64,000 nucleotides of DNA from Candidatus Krumholzibacteriia bacterium (GTDB lineage: Bacteria > Krumholzibacteriota > Krumholzibacteriia > Krumholzibacteriales > Krumholzibacteriaceae), in assembly GCA_023131975.1 (NCBI GenBank), contig JAGLYV010000084.1, positions 1,065 to 65,064 on the forward strand, given 5' to 3'. Every line of letters starts with the position of its first letter. Within the stretch, counting starts at the first letter, position 1. Positions 32,078-41,779 of the stretch are shown one piece after another. The notes below the pieces were generated by a model, which saw only the letters and a list, made by a program, of their open reading frames with translations, was not told the DNA's origin and did not search any database. The position numbers were made by a program, and so were the translations under genes.

Positions 32078-32511
32078 CGGTTGGAGCAGTTATGGATGGA
32101 AAATACAAGGCAAGGATCGAAGAGACTATTCATCAGCTTGTCGCCGAAATGTTGTTCAAACGCGTAAAGGATCCCAGGGTGGAGAATGTGTCGGTCCTGC
32201 GCGTCGAGGCTGCCCGGGATTATTCCGTGGCGAAGATATACTACAATATCATCGGTGGAAGCGAAGATCTCGAGAATGTGAGCCGCGGGCTGGAGAGCTG
32301 CCGTGGTTTCATGCGGGGGATCATAAAGAAGCATATCCGACTCAGAGTGATTCCGGAACTGGTATTCATCTATGATTCATCGCTCGATAGAGCGATGGCG
32401 CTGGAAAAGATTATCGACAAGATCCATGATGAGGATGAAGTCGGAGATACTGATCCGGATATTGATAAAGAAGAGTCAGTTGAAGAGGCTGATGGAGAGG
32501 ATAGGGGATGA
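32074..32511 (+). CDS. rbfA: ribosome-binding factor A
   Basis: RbfA KH-like core with acidic C-terminal tail; conserved operon position. Confidence 0.85.
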   Translation: MTVGAVMDGKYKARIEETIHQLVAEMLFKRVKDPRVENVSVLRVEAARDYSVAKIYYNIIGGSEDLENVSRGLESCRGFMRGIIKKHIRLRVIPELVFIYDSSLDRAMALEKIIDKIHDEDEVGDTDPDIDKEESVEEADGEDRG

Positions 32512-33497
32512 CAGGGGAGACCTATAGATCCGAATTCGGACGGATACTCGAACTGATAGACAATAACGACAGGTTTTTGATGATAGGCCATATCGACCCT
32601 GACGGGGATTGTCTCGGTTCGATGTTTGCCATGACGCTCTTTGTGCGGGCCCGTGGCAAGGATGTCGTCTGCTACGCGCCCGGAGACGTACCGGAAAGGC
32701 TTCTTGGGCTTCCCGGTGCCGACAGTCTTACAGACAGGGATATGATAGCATCGTTTGCTCCACAGGTCGTCATCGCCCTCGATTCACCGACTCATGGCAG
32801 GACAGAGAACGTAATGGATATAGTGGGAGACGTTCCTGTAGTCAATATGGACCATCATCCTTCCAACGAGATGTACGGAGAGGTAAATATAGTCGATGAG
32901 AGCGCGGCGGCCGCGGCGCTTCTCGTTTTTCGGTTTCTCGAGTCAGTAGACCCGGAAAGCATCACTCCGGATATTGCCAGCTGCCTCTACCTCGGGATAT
33001 TGATGGATACCGGCTCGTTCAGGTTTCAGAATACCGATGAGGATGCCTTGTCCGCGGCGGGCAGATTAATAGGATATGGGGCCCGGGCGTATGAGCTTAC
33101 CCATGAATTCGTATACATGAAGAAATTCAGGACGCTTAAACTGCTTGTTCCGGTCCTCGATTCGCTCGAGCTTTCCTGTGAGGGCAGGATAGCTACGATG
33201 CAGATCAAACGGGAGATGCTGGAGAGTTCGGGCGCTGAATTCAAGGATTCGGAAGGGTTTATAGATTATGGTGCCGCAATAGACGACGTCGAGCTTGTCG
33301 CCCTGTTCAGAGAGGTCGGACCGGACAAGACAAAGGTCAGTCTCAGGTCGAGGAATCATCACGATGTCTCTCTGCTCGCGGGCAGGTACGGCGGTGGCGG
33401 ACATGCCAAGGCGGCGGGGCTTACTATCAATGACAGTATCGATAATGTCACGAAAACGATTCTCAGGGACCTCGAGGGACTCGTCTCGGGGCGATGA
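32508..33497 (+). CDS. DHH-family phosphoesterase (NrnA-like bifunctional oligoribonuclease/pAp phosphatase)
   Basis: DHH motifs GHIDPDGDCLGS and DHH; DHHA1 C-terminal GGGGH. Confidence 0.8.
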   Translation: MTGETYRSEFGRILELIDNNDRFLMIGHIDPDGDCLGSMFAMTLFVRARGKDVVCYAPGDVPERLLGLPGADSLTDRDMIASFAPQVVIALDSPTHGRTENVMDIVGDVPVVNMDHHPSNEMYGEVNIVDESAAAAALLVFRFLESVDPESITPDIASCLYLGILMDTGSFRFQNTDEDALSAAGRLIGYGARAYELTHEFVYMKKFRTLKLLVPVLDSLELSCEGRIATMQIKREMLESSGAEFKDSEGFIDYGAAIDDVELVALFREVGPDKTKVSLRSRNHHDVSLLAGRYGGGGHAKAAGLTINDSIDNVTKTILRDLEGLVSGR

Positions 33498-33510
33498 GGG
33501 AAGCCGGACT

Positions 33511-34440
33511 ATGGAAGAGCTCGGATCAGACTGGAGCAGATTTAACAATAGGGTCATTGCAGTAAACAAATCCGCCGGGCTGTCGACGTTTGACGTCATC
33601 CGCAAGTTCAGGAAAATAATCAGAGTAAAAAAAATCGGTCATTCCGGAACGCTGGATCCTCTTGCGACCGGGTTGGTCCTTCTTCTGACCGGGGCGGCGA
33701 CGAAGCTCTCCGGATATCTCATAGAACTGCCAAAAAAATATATCGCGGATATCAAGCTCGGTGAGGCGACCGATACACAGGACGCTGAAGGTGCTGTCAT
33801 TCGTGCCGGTGACTGGGAGAATACGAAAGAAGAGAATATTACCGCGGCCCTGGCAGGACTCACCGGCCTGAGAAAACAGACCCCCCCGATGTTCTCGGCC
33901 CTCAAGCACAGGGGGATCCCGCTTTATGCCCTTGCCCGGGAGGGAAAGGAAGTGGATCGTGAGCCGAGAGATGTCAATACCTATTCCCTCAGACTTGTCG
34001 AGTGTGATCTGCCCGTATTCAGGATAGAGATCCATTGCTCAAGGGGGATGTATGTGAGGGTACTGGCGGAGGAGATCGGTGACGCGCTGGGTGTCCCTGC
34101 CCATCTGCACCGTCTCGTCAGGACCGAGATCGGACATTTCAATCTGGACGATGCGATAGATGATGGTTCCTTTGAGCAGCTGCTCGAAATGGAGAAGCCC
34201 GGCACGGGACTTTCCGAGGCTTTGCGGCATCTTCCGCTGGTGGAACTTGACGATGCTCAGAAAAAAGGCCTGATGAACGGCGTAGCTCCCCGAATCGCTT
34301 CGGGGCTGCCTGCGGCGGGAAGCCTTGTACGCCTGATCCTGCCTGGCGGGCGGCTCGGAGCGATCGCTGAGGCCGAACCGGCCGGACTGGTCCAGTTGAA
34401 AAAGGTGTTTGCCGCGGTAGAATCGGATGGCGGCGCTTAG
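33511..34440 (+). CDS. truB: tRNA pseudouridine(55) synthase
   Basis: GHSGTLDPLATGLL catalytic motif; start placed at internal ATG 33511 because the longer 33295 ORF overlaps the upstream gene. Confidence 0.9.
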   Translation: MEELGSDWSRFNNRVIAVNKSAGLSTFDVIRKFRKIIRVKKIGHSGTLDPLATGLVLLLTGAATKLSGYLIELPKKYIADIKLGEATDTQDAEGAVIRAGDWENTKEENITAALAGLTGLRKQTPPMFSALKHRGIPLYALAREGKEVDREPRDVNTYSLRLVECDLPVFRIEIHCSRGMYVRVLAEEIGDALGVPAHLHRLVRTEIGHFNLDDAIDDGSFEQLLEMEKPGTGLSEALRHLPLVELDDAQKKGLMNGVAPRIASGLPAAGSLVRLILPGGRLGAIAEAEPAGLVQLKKVFAAVESDGGA

Positions 34441-34483
34441 CGAAGAACGAACAGATCGTGACCGGTCTGTCTGGAGAAGCAAA

Positions 34484-35428
34484 ATGGTCGAGATATTGAC
34501 AAGCGCCGAGATCGGTGATCGAAGATTCGATGATTCGGCAGTTTCCATAGGTGTCTTCGATGGTGTCCATATCGGGCATCAGAAAGTGATCGAATCGCTG
34601 CAAAACGCAAAGGCAGAGTCCGGGGCGAGTATCTCCGTGCTGATGACCTTCGACAGGCACCCACTGAGTGTCACACATCCGGAGATGCAGCCGAGGCTCC
34701 TGACAACGCTGAAGGAGAAACTGTCCATTCTTTCGGAGTTCGATGTCGACGTCATCCTGGTAGAGGAGTTTACTTCTGATCTTGCAGCGATCGATTACAG
34801 GGATTTCATAGAAGAACGGCTCGTACGGCGCCTCGGAATGAAACACCTGGTGATCGGGTATGATTTTCATCTCGGCAGGGGCAGGGAGGGAAATCAACAG
34901 AATATCGCGGTCGAAGGGAAGAAGGCAGGGTATGGATTTTCAGTGGTATCGCCCGTAGTCGTGCGCGGGCGGGCTGTCTCAAGCACAAGAATAAGAAAGA
35001 ATATCGAGGACAGGAAGCTTCATGCGGCTGCCAGGCTGCTTACCAGGCCGTATTTCTTCGACGCGGATGTTGTCCATGGTGAGGGGGTAGGCAGGGAACT
35101 GAAGTTTCCCACTGCCAACGCCACGGTCTCGCATCCCGAGAAACTTCTGCCGCCGACGGGTGTCTATGCCGTAAATGTCGAGACTCCGGTGGGTATCTCG
35201 GGAGGGATGATGAATGTCGGGGCCGCTCCCACGATCAGGCATGACGGAGTGGAGAGGATAGAAGTGCATCTCTTTGATTTCGACGGCGATCTGTACGGCA
35301 AGAGAATCAGGATATGTTGTCTCGACTATCTCAGAGAAGAAAAAGAGTTTGATGGAAGGGAAGAGCTTCGCGCCCAGCTCGAACGGGACAGGGACTGCGT
35401 CAGGTCAATACTGGAAAAGAAATATTGA
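34484..35428 (+). CDS. ribF: bifunctional riboflavin kinase / FMN adenylyltransferase
   Basis: GVFDGVHIGHQ nucleotidyltransferase motif and C-terminal riboflavin kinase domain. Confidence 0.85.
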   Translation: MVEILTSAEIGDRRFDDSAVSIGVFDGVHIGHQKVIESLQNAKAESGASISVLMTFDRHPLSVTHPEMQPRLLTTLKEKLSILSEFDVDVILVEEFTSDLAAIDYRDFIEERLVRRLGMKHLVIGYDFHLGRGREGNQQNIAVEGKKAGYGFSVVSPVVVRGRAVSSTRIRKNIEDRKLHAAARLLTRPYFFDADVVHGEGVGRELKFPTANATVSHPEKLLPPTGVYAVNVETPVGISGGMMNVGAAPTIRHDGVERIEVHLFDFDGDLYGKRIRICCLDYLREEKEFDGREELRAQLERDRDCVRSILEKKY

Positions 35429-35564
35429 CAAAAAAGTATCCTGATGTATGTTAGTACATTACCCATAGAGTGAATGGGAGCAGGCAGTTGTAATGCGGAT
35501 CGGGCATGGGGCCCGTTCTGCTGCCATCGCGTTGTAAAGTACGTGATACGAAGGAGGTATGACG

Positions 35565-35834
35565 ATGGCACTGCAGAAGGATATGAAGAAGGAAGTTATT
35601 GAGAAGCATCGGATGCATAATCTGGACTCGGGTTCACCGGAAGTCCAGATCGCACTTCTCACCGAACGCATCAATGTCCTCACCGGACATTTCAGAGTCC
35701 ACAAGAAAGATTTCGCTTCAAGGCGGGGACTTCTCAAGATGGTAGGTCGTCGCCGTAAGCTTCTGGATTATCTCAAGAAGAACAGGATTGAGAAATATCG
35801 CAGTCTTATCAAGGAATTGAATCTCAGGAAATAG
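35565..35834 (+). CDS. rpsO: 30S ribosomal protein S15
   Basis: 89 aa; [15 protein letters not shown]...[19 protein letters not shown]. Confidence 0.9.
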   Translation: MALQKDMKKEVIEKHRMHNLDSGSPEVQIALLTERINVLTGHFRVHKKDFASRRGLLKMVGRRRKLLDYLKKNRIEKYRSLIKELNLRK

Positions 35835-35919
35835 CATGATATCTGCCTTGATATTTTGAATTATCGGTATCGCGGTTATCTTTTTCTGCAGATATCGATG
35901 AACGGAGGATAGTACAGGA

Positions 35920-37992
35920 ATGATTAGCAAGAAAATGACAGTCGAAGGAAAAGAGTTCTTTTTCGAGACTGGAAGAATGGCCAGGCAGGCGGACGGTTCC
36001 GTCCTTCTTGGTGAGGAAGGAACGACGGTTCTCGTTACCGCGGTCGCTTCCAAAGGTGCGGAGAGTGACAGGGGATTCTTCCCCCTCTTCGTCGAGTACA
36101 GAGAAAAATTCTACGCGGCCGGGAAGATCCCCGGTGGTTTCTTCAAGAGGGAAGGACGCCCGAGCGAGAGGGAGACTCTCAGCTGCAGGCTGATCGACAG
36201 GCCGATAAGGCCCCTTTTCCCCGACGGGTTCATGTACGAAGTGCAGGTAGCCTGTACCGTACTGAGCAGTGACACGGAGCATCAGGCGGACGTGCTCGGG
36301 ATCATCGGCGCGTCGATCGCGCTCAATCTTTCAGACATACCTTTCGACGGCGTGATCAGCGGTGTCCGTGTTGGTATGAAGGATGGCGCCTTCACGCTCA
36401 ACCCGACTTTCGAAGAAGTCGAAGAGGCTGGGTTCGAACTGGTGATAGCCGGTTCCGACGATGCCATAATCATGGTAGAGGGTGAGTCCGGTGAAGTGTC
36501 CGAAGCGAAGATAATGGAAGCGCTTGACTACGGGCACGAGCATATCAGGAAATTCAACGCTTTTCAGCGTGAGTTCCTCGCCGAGTGTGAGATTCCCGCC
36601 AAGAGGGAATTCAGCAAAAAAGAAGTGAATGAGGAACTGAAGGCGAAAGTATTCGAGCAGTATAAGTCCAAAATGGACAGCGCCTGCAGGCTCCTGGGCA
36701 AGCATGTCAGGGATAGCGCGATCGGAGCGCTCGTCACCGAAGCTATCGAAGCCCATGCGGAGGAATATCCCGAATCCGGGAAAGAGATCAAGAATTTCAT
36801 GCACGATATCGAGAAGGAACTCGTTAGAGGCATGATCCTCAATGAGGGCGTCAGGACAGATGGAAGGAAAAAGGACGAAGTCAGGGACATCACCTGCGAG
36901 ATCGGCATTCTTCCCAGGACCCACGGCAGCGCCCTGTTTACCAGGGGAGAGACCCAGAGTCTGGTCGTGACCACGCTCGGGACTTCCCAGGATGAGCAGA
37001 GGATAGACGGTCTCATCGGAGAGTCGTGGAAGAAATATATGCTCCATTACAACTTCCCTCCATACAGTGTGGGAGAAGTCGGGTTTTTCCGCGGCCCCGG
37101 TCGCAGGGAGATCGGACACGGACATCTGGCCGAGAGGGCTATCACGCCGGTTCTGCCGACCGATGAGGTCTTCCCCTATACCATCAGGGTCGTCTCCGAC
37201 ATCATGGAATCGAACGGTTCGAGTTCGATGGCCACGGTATGCGGCGGCAGTCTCTCGCTGATGGACGCGGGAGTGCCCATAATCAAGCCGGTCGCCGGAG
37301 TGGCGATGGGTATGGTAATGGAAGGCGAGAAGTTTGCTGTTCTTACCGATATCCTCGGTCTCGAGGATCACCTCGGTGATATGGACTTCAAGGTGACCGG
37401 CACCAGAGATGGGATCACCGGTTTCCAGATGGATGTCAAGATATCCGGTATTTCCAGGGCTGTGATGGAAGAAGCTCTCGAGCAGGCTCGCAAGGCGAGG
37501 CTCCATATTCTCGACATCATGGGTCAGACGATCTCCGAACCGAAGAGCGAGATATCACCCTTCGCACCGAAGATAGTCCAGATAAAGATCCCGGTCGACA
37601 AGATCAGGGAGATCATCGGCCCGGGAGGCAAGATGATCAGACATATTCAGGACACTACAGGCGCGAAGATCGATATCGATGATGATGGCACTGTTGCTAT
37701 CGCCGCTGTCGATCAGGCCTCTGGAGACGCGGCTCTCGAGATGATCAACAATATCACGGCCGAGGCTGAGCTCGACAAGGTATACAAGGGAACGGTAAAG
37801 AGTATCGTTACTTTCGGCGCCTTTGTCGAGATCCTTCCAGGTAAGGACGGTCTGCTGCATATTTCAGAGATCGACAGAAAACGTATCGACAGGGTCGAGG
37901 ACGTTCTGGAGCTCGGACAGGAACTCGAGGTCAAGGTCATCGGGATCGACAGGGAAGGCAAGATCAGGCTGAGCCGAAAGGTTCTTCTCTAG
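35920..37992 (+). CDS. pnp: polyribonucleotide nucleotidyltransferase (PNPase)
   Basis: 690 aa; two RNase PH domains, KH and S1 domains. Confidence 0.95.
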   Translation: MISKKMTVEGKEFFFETGRMARQADGSVLLGEEGTTVLVTAVASKGAESDRGFFPLFVEYREKFYAAGKIPGGFFKREGRPSERETLSCRLIDRPIRPLFPDGFMYEVQVACTVLSSDTEHQADVLGIIGASIALNLSDIPFDGVISGVRVGMKDGAFTLNPTFEEVEEAGFELVIAGSDDAIIMVEGESGEVSEAKIMEALDYGHEHIRKFNAFQREFLAECEIPAKREFSKKEVNEELKAKVFEQYKSKMDSACRLLGKHVRDSAIGALVTEAIEAHAEEYPESGKEIKNFMHDIEKELVRGMILNEGVRTDGRKKDEVRDITCEIGILPRTHGSALFTRGETQSLVVTTLGTSQDEQRIDGLIGESWKKYMLHYNFPPYSVGEVGFFRGPGRREIGHGHLAERAITPVLPTDEVFPYTIRVVSDIMESNGSSSMATVCGGSLSLMDAGVPIIKPVAGVAMGMVMEGEKFAVLTDILGLEDHLGDMDFKVTGTRDGITGFQMDVKISGISRAVMEEALEQARKARLHILDIMGQTISEPKSEISPFAPKIVQIKIPVDKIREIIGPGGKMIRHIQDTTGAKIDIDDDGTVAIAAVDQASGDAALEMINNITAEAELDKVYKGTVKSIVTFGAFVEILPGKDGLLHISEIDRKRIDRVEDVLELGQELEVKVIGIDREGKIRLSRKVLL

Positions 37993-38000
37993 AGAATGAT

Positions 38001-39275
38001 ATGCTGAAGCTCCCCCGCCCGAAGAAGGTCATACTGGATTGCGGTGCTACATTGCTGTACCAGCGCAATCCTGTGTCTCCCACTGTCGCTTTCGGTGTCT
38101 GGATCTCCCGGGGATCGAGAGACGAGAAGGAATCGGAGCGGGGGTATTCGCATCTCCTTGAGCATATGGTATTCAGGGGGACGAAGAGCAGGTCCGCCCT
38201 CGAGATCGCGTTCGATCTCGAATCTATCGGTGGCCAGTGGGACGCCTTTACGAGCAAGGAATCGACCTGCTACCATGGAAAGGTGCTGGAAGAGCATTTC
38301 GGGTTTTTCGCTGAGATCCTTTCCGATATCGTCCTGTCCCCCTCCATCCCGACTGATGCTCTCGTACTGGAGAAAAAGGTCGTTCAGGAAGAGATCCGTT
38401 CGGTGAACGATTCGCCGGAGGAATCGACATACGAGCTTTTCTTCAAGAGTCTTTTCGGAGACGATCAGCTGGGATACCCGGTGGCTGGAAGACTCAAGGA
38501 CATCCCGTCCTGTGACCGTCGCAGGCTTCTCGCTTTCCACAAAAAGACCTACACTCCTTCGAACACGATCTTCGCGTTCATCGGCAATATTCCACTTGGC
38601 AAGGTCATATCGACTATAGAGGGTAACTTTGTCTTTAAGGGAAAATACTCTGCCGCTCGACCCCGGAAGATCTCGAAATTTTCAAGTAAAAGGATCGTGT
38701 CAGGCAGGAGACCGGATTGGGGACAGTCACATGTCTGTATCGGGACGCGGACCGGCTCCGCTTCGGACCCGGACAGATATCCGTTGGTGGTCCTGTCCAA
38801 TATTCTCGGCGGTGGAGTGTCGTCAAGGTTGTTTCAAAATCTCAGGGAAAAGAACGGCCTGGCCTATGCTGTCTTTTCACACGCGAATTTCTGGAGTGAT
38901 ACGGGTGCTTTTGCCAGCTATTTCTCGGTCGATCCGAAGAATCTTGAAAAAGCGATGGATATCTTTATGGGATGCATGGAGGATCTGCGGACGGGAGGCG
39001 CGCTGGATGAGGAACTGGCCAGCGCCAAGTCCCAGTTGAAGGCATCGGTCGTATTCGGTGTGGAAAGCGTAGACAGTAGATTGTTCAGACTCATTCACGC
39101 CGAATGTTATCACAGGCGGCACAGGACTCTGGACTCCATTATCAGGAATATTGAAAAAGTGGGACCGGATGACGTCGCCAGGGTGATGGAGACATTCATG
39201 CCGGAAAAAAGACACACTTACGTGACCTGCGGCAAGCGCTCGCTACGCGGGCTGGTGAAGAGAGGTCCCCAATGA
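38001..39275 (+). CDS. M16-family (pitrilysin/insulinase) zinc peptidase
   Basis: Inverted zinc-binding motif HLLEH...E; 424 aa. Confidence 0.8.
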   Translation: MLKLPRPKKVILDCGATLLYQRNPVSPTVAFGVWISRGSRDEKESERGYSHLLEHMVFRGTKSRSALEIAFDLESIGGQWDAFTSKESTCYHGKVLEEHFGFFAEILSDIVLSPSIPTDALVLEKKVVQEEIRSVNDSPEESTYELFFKSLFGDDQLGYPVAGRLKDIPSCDRRRLLAFHKKTYTPSNTIFAFIGNIPLGKVISTIEGNFVFKGKYSAARPRKISKFSSKRIVSGRRPDWGQSHVCIGTRTGSASDPDRYPLVVLSNILGGGVSSRLFQNLREKNGLAYAVFSHANFWSDTGAFASYFSVDPKNLEKAMDIFMGCMEDLRTGGALDEELASAKSQLKASVVFGVESVDSRLFRLIHAECYHRRHRTLDSIIRNIEKVGPDDVARVMETFMPEKRHTYVTCGKRSLRGLVKRGPQ

Positions 39276-39715
39276 AAGTATCGATCAGATATCTTGCCCA
39301 TCACGAGGGGTTGCCTCTTCTCGGAAGGATGACAGACGGAGCAAGCGGATATGATATCAGAGCGGCTTGTGACGAGGATATCATCATCGAACCTGGAGAG
39401 ACGATACTGGTTCCTTCGGGAATCGAGATTTCAATACCTCCAGGATACGAGGGGCAGGTCCGTCCACGGAGCGGCCTGGCGTTGAAAAACAGTGTGGGAG
39501 TCCTCAACAGTCCCGGCACTATCGACAGCGATTACCGTGGCGAGCTCGGGGTGATCCTCACTAATTTCGGCAAAGAGGTCTTTCCCGTCAGTCGCGGCGA
39601 CAGGATAGCCCAGATTATTTTTGTCGAGCTTCCCCATGTCGAGCTGGTGGAAATGGAAACGCTCGATGCCACTGGCAGGGGAGACGGGGGATACGGGTCT
39701 ACCGGCAAGGGTTAG
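39272..39715 (+). CDS. dut: dUTP diphosphatase
   Basis: dUTPase motifs (AGYDIRA, RSGLALK, GTIDSDYRGE). Confidence 0.9.
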   Translation: MKVSIRYLAHHEGLPLLGRMTDGASGYDIRAACDEDIIIEPGETILVPSGIEISIPPGYEGQVRPRSGLALKNSVGVLNSPGTIDSDYRGELGVILTNFGKEVFPVSRGDRIAQIIFVELPHVELVEMETLDATGRGDGGYGSTGKG

Positions 39716-39719
39716 TGTA

Positions 39720-40595
39720 ATGTCCCTTCTAATAATACCAGTTCTTATCGTTGCAGCCGCAACAGGTCTTTTCCTCTTATGGAAGTTCAGATGGGGCCCG
39801 CCCGACAGGACTCTGCCGGGAGTACTCACATATCACAAGATAACCGGATTCGAATTCGGCGGTACCTGGATGACTCCAGCGAGATTCGCGTCGGGACTCG
39901 ATCACCTTGCCGATTCCGGGTATTCCTTCATCGGTGAAGATCAATTCATCGATACCCTGGACGGCAAGAGGGAAAGCCCGGGCAAAGAAATCCTTATCAC
40001 CTTCGACGATGGATACAGGATGCTTATGGACCATGCTCTGCCCTCGCTGGAAACCAGGAATATTCCCGCCCTGATATTTCTCGTCACTTCATATGCCGGT
40101 AGAGAGAACGCCTGGGAGCTGCCTCTCCCAGGAAGAAGGACCCGGCACCTCGGCTGGGATGAAGTCTCGGATATTTCCGCGAATCCTCTTTTTACCTTCG
40201 GATCCCATTCCAGGACCCACAGGGATCTGACGGGGCTTTCCGATGACGTGCTGGCCGACGAGCTGATCATATCGAGAGAAGTGATCGGTCATCAGACGGG
40301 AAGGATGGCAAGGAGTGTCTCGTATCCTTTCGGCCTGGTCGACCGGAGGGTCGCCGGATCGGCCCGCTCAGCGGGATATGAAGCGGGGTTTACCCTTTTC
40401 CCCACGGGGCGGGGTGAGGGGGTGGACAGGTTTTGTCTGAGAAGAGAGGGAGTCTGGATCATTGACACAAAAAGTTCTGTCGATCTGAAACTGTCGGGTG
40501 GAAGATTGTTCTGGTTCGAGGATATCAAGGGAAGGACGATAAACAGGCTCGCGTCGATAACACCGTTTTTTATGAAAAAAGGACCGTTCGATTGA
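39720..40595 (+). CDS. polysaccharide deacetylase family protein (membrane-anchored)
   Basis: N-terminal TM helix then NodB-like ITFDDGY motif; start placed at ATG 39720 just after the dut stop (the 39621 extension overlaps dut). Confidence 0.75.
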   Translation: MSLLIIPVLIVAAATGLFLLWKFRWGPPDRTLPGVLTYHKITGFEFGGTWMTPARFASGLDHLADSGYSFIGEDQFIDTLDGKRESPGKEILITFDDGYRMLMDHALPSLETRNIPALIFLVTSYAGRENAWELPLPGRRTRHLGWDEVSDISANPLFTFGSHSRTHRDLTGLSDDVLADELIISREVIGHQTGRMARSVSYPFGLVDRRVAGSARSAGYEAGFTLFPTGRGEGVDRFCLRREGVWIIDTKSSVDLKLSGGRLFWFEDIKGRTINRLASITPFFMKKGPFD

Positions 40596-40616
40596 CACCG
40601 AGTTCGATCAAACCCG

Positions 40617-41750
40617 CTATTGTAGAGAATAGGCCCCGCCGTTGTCATTCATCCTGTACCTGATACCGGCCTGCTGGACGAGTTCGAGAGTGGGCCCGCT
40701 TATGAAATTCCTTATCGCGAGGACTTCCAGCGTGAAGGGGTAGGACCCCATCGAACCGTAATATTCGTCGAGTCCCTGACTGATAGTAGCTTTGAGGCTT
40801 CTGATACGAAGCTCATCCGGGTTTACGGTGAGTCCGGCAGTTTCCGGTACGGATGCGGTCAGCGTGCCGCTGGTCCGGGCTTTCCAGCCGGGAGGCATAA
40901 GCCACGGGACGAGATATTCTCCGACGGCGAACGAAGCGACCAGGATGATCATGATCGCAAAAGTGGGGACAAACCGTTTTCTTTTGTCTTTCCTCGTCTT
41001 GACGGTCTTTTCCGGGATCTTTTCAGGTTCGGCCTTTTCCGCTTCCCTGAATTCGAGCAATCCGGTCTCCAGAAGCCGTTTCAGCGATTCATACGTACAG
41101 AACCTCGCCATCCTCGAGTGCGAGACAAGATACTCGAGGGTCCTCTCGTGCTGGAGAAGATCATAGATGACCTCTTCGTTTCCACTGAGATCGGGTTCCT
41201 TGTCGGTGGATGACGACGGGTTTTTCTGAAAGATCATATCTTCACTGGGGAAGATCCTCCGCATCTCGGGGAACTCATCTATCCTGCGCATACTTTCCAT
41301 CAGCACGCCCTCTACCTTGAGAGAAGCGTACGATTTGATTCCGGACAGGACGTTCTTGCCGATGACGAACTTGTACTGGCTCTTCGGACAGCTCAGGACC
41401 TCATGGATCGATTCATATATCTGCTCGGCGAAGATGGCCGTCAATTCGTCTTCGGAAAAGTATTTTTCGGACAGAAGGATCTCGGTGAGATCCATGTTTG
41501 ATCCAGATTGTATCTGCTGAAGGTTGTTCATCTCGTCGCGGTCGATGAAACCGTATCGAAGCAAGTAATCCTTGAGAGGGTCTTTCGATTTGTTACGCCT
41601 GTCCCTTGTGGACATGATCATCCCGTCCTGGAAGAAGATCGCGATGTTTTCTTCCGCGACGATCGAGAGCATCCCCGATTTCTTCTGGATAGAGATCAGC
41701 TGGAAAATCTCGCTCAATCCAAAATCTTTTGCGTTTCCTTCCAGCGCCAT
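40617..41750 (-). CDS. DUF4388 domain-containing protein
   Basis: N-terminal GNAKDFGLSEIFQLISIQKKSGML matches the DUF4388 signature; a hydrophobic segment lies about two-thirds of the way in. Confidence 0.6.
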   Translation of the reverse strand: MALEGNAKDFGLSEIFQLISIQKKSGMLSIVAEENIAIFFQDGMIMSTRDRRNKSKDPLKDYLLRYGFIDRDEMNNLQQIQSGSNMDLTEILLSEKYFSEDELTAIFAEQIYESIHEVLSCPKSQYKFVIGKNVLSGIKSYASLKVEGVLMESMRRIDEFPEMRRIFPSEDMIFQKNPSSSTDKEPDLSGNEEVIYDLLQHERTLEYLVSHSRMARFCTYESLKRLLETGLLEFREAEKAEPEKIPEKTVKTRKDKRKRFVPTFAIMIILVASFAVGEYLVPWLMPPGWKARTSGTLTASVPETAGLTVNPDELRIRSLKATISQGLDEYYGSMGSYPFTLEVLAIRNFISGPTLELVQQAGIRYRMNDNGGAYSLQ

Positions 41751-41779
41751 CGGATGTCCTTTCCGGCGTGCGATGAGAC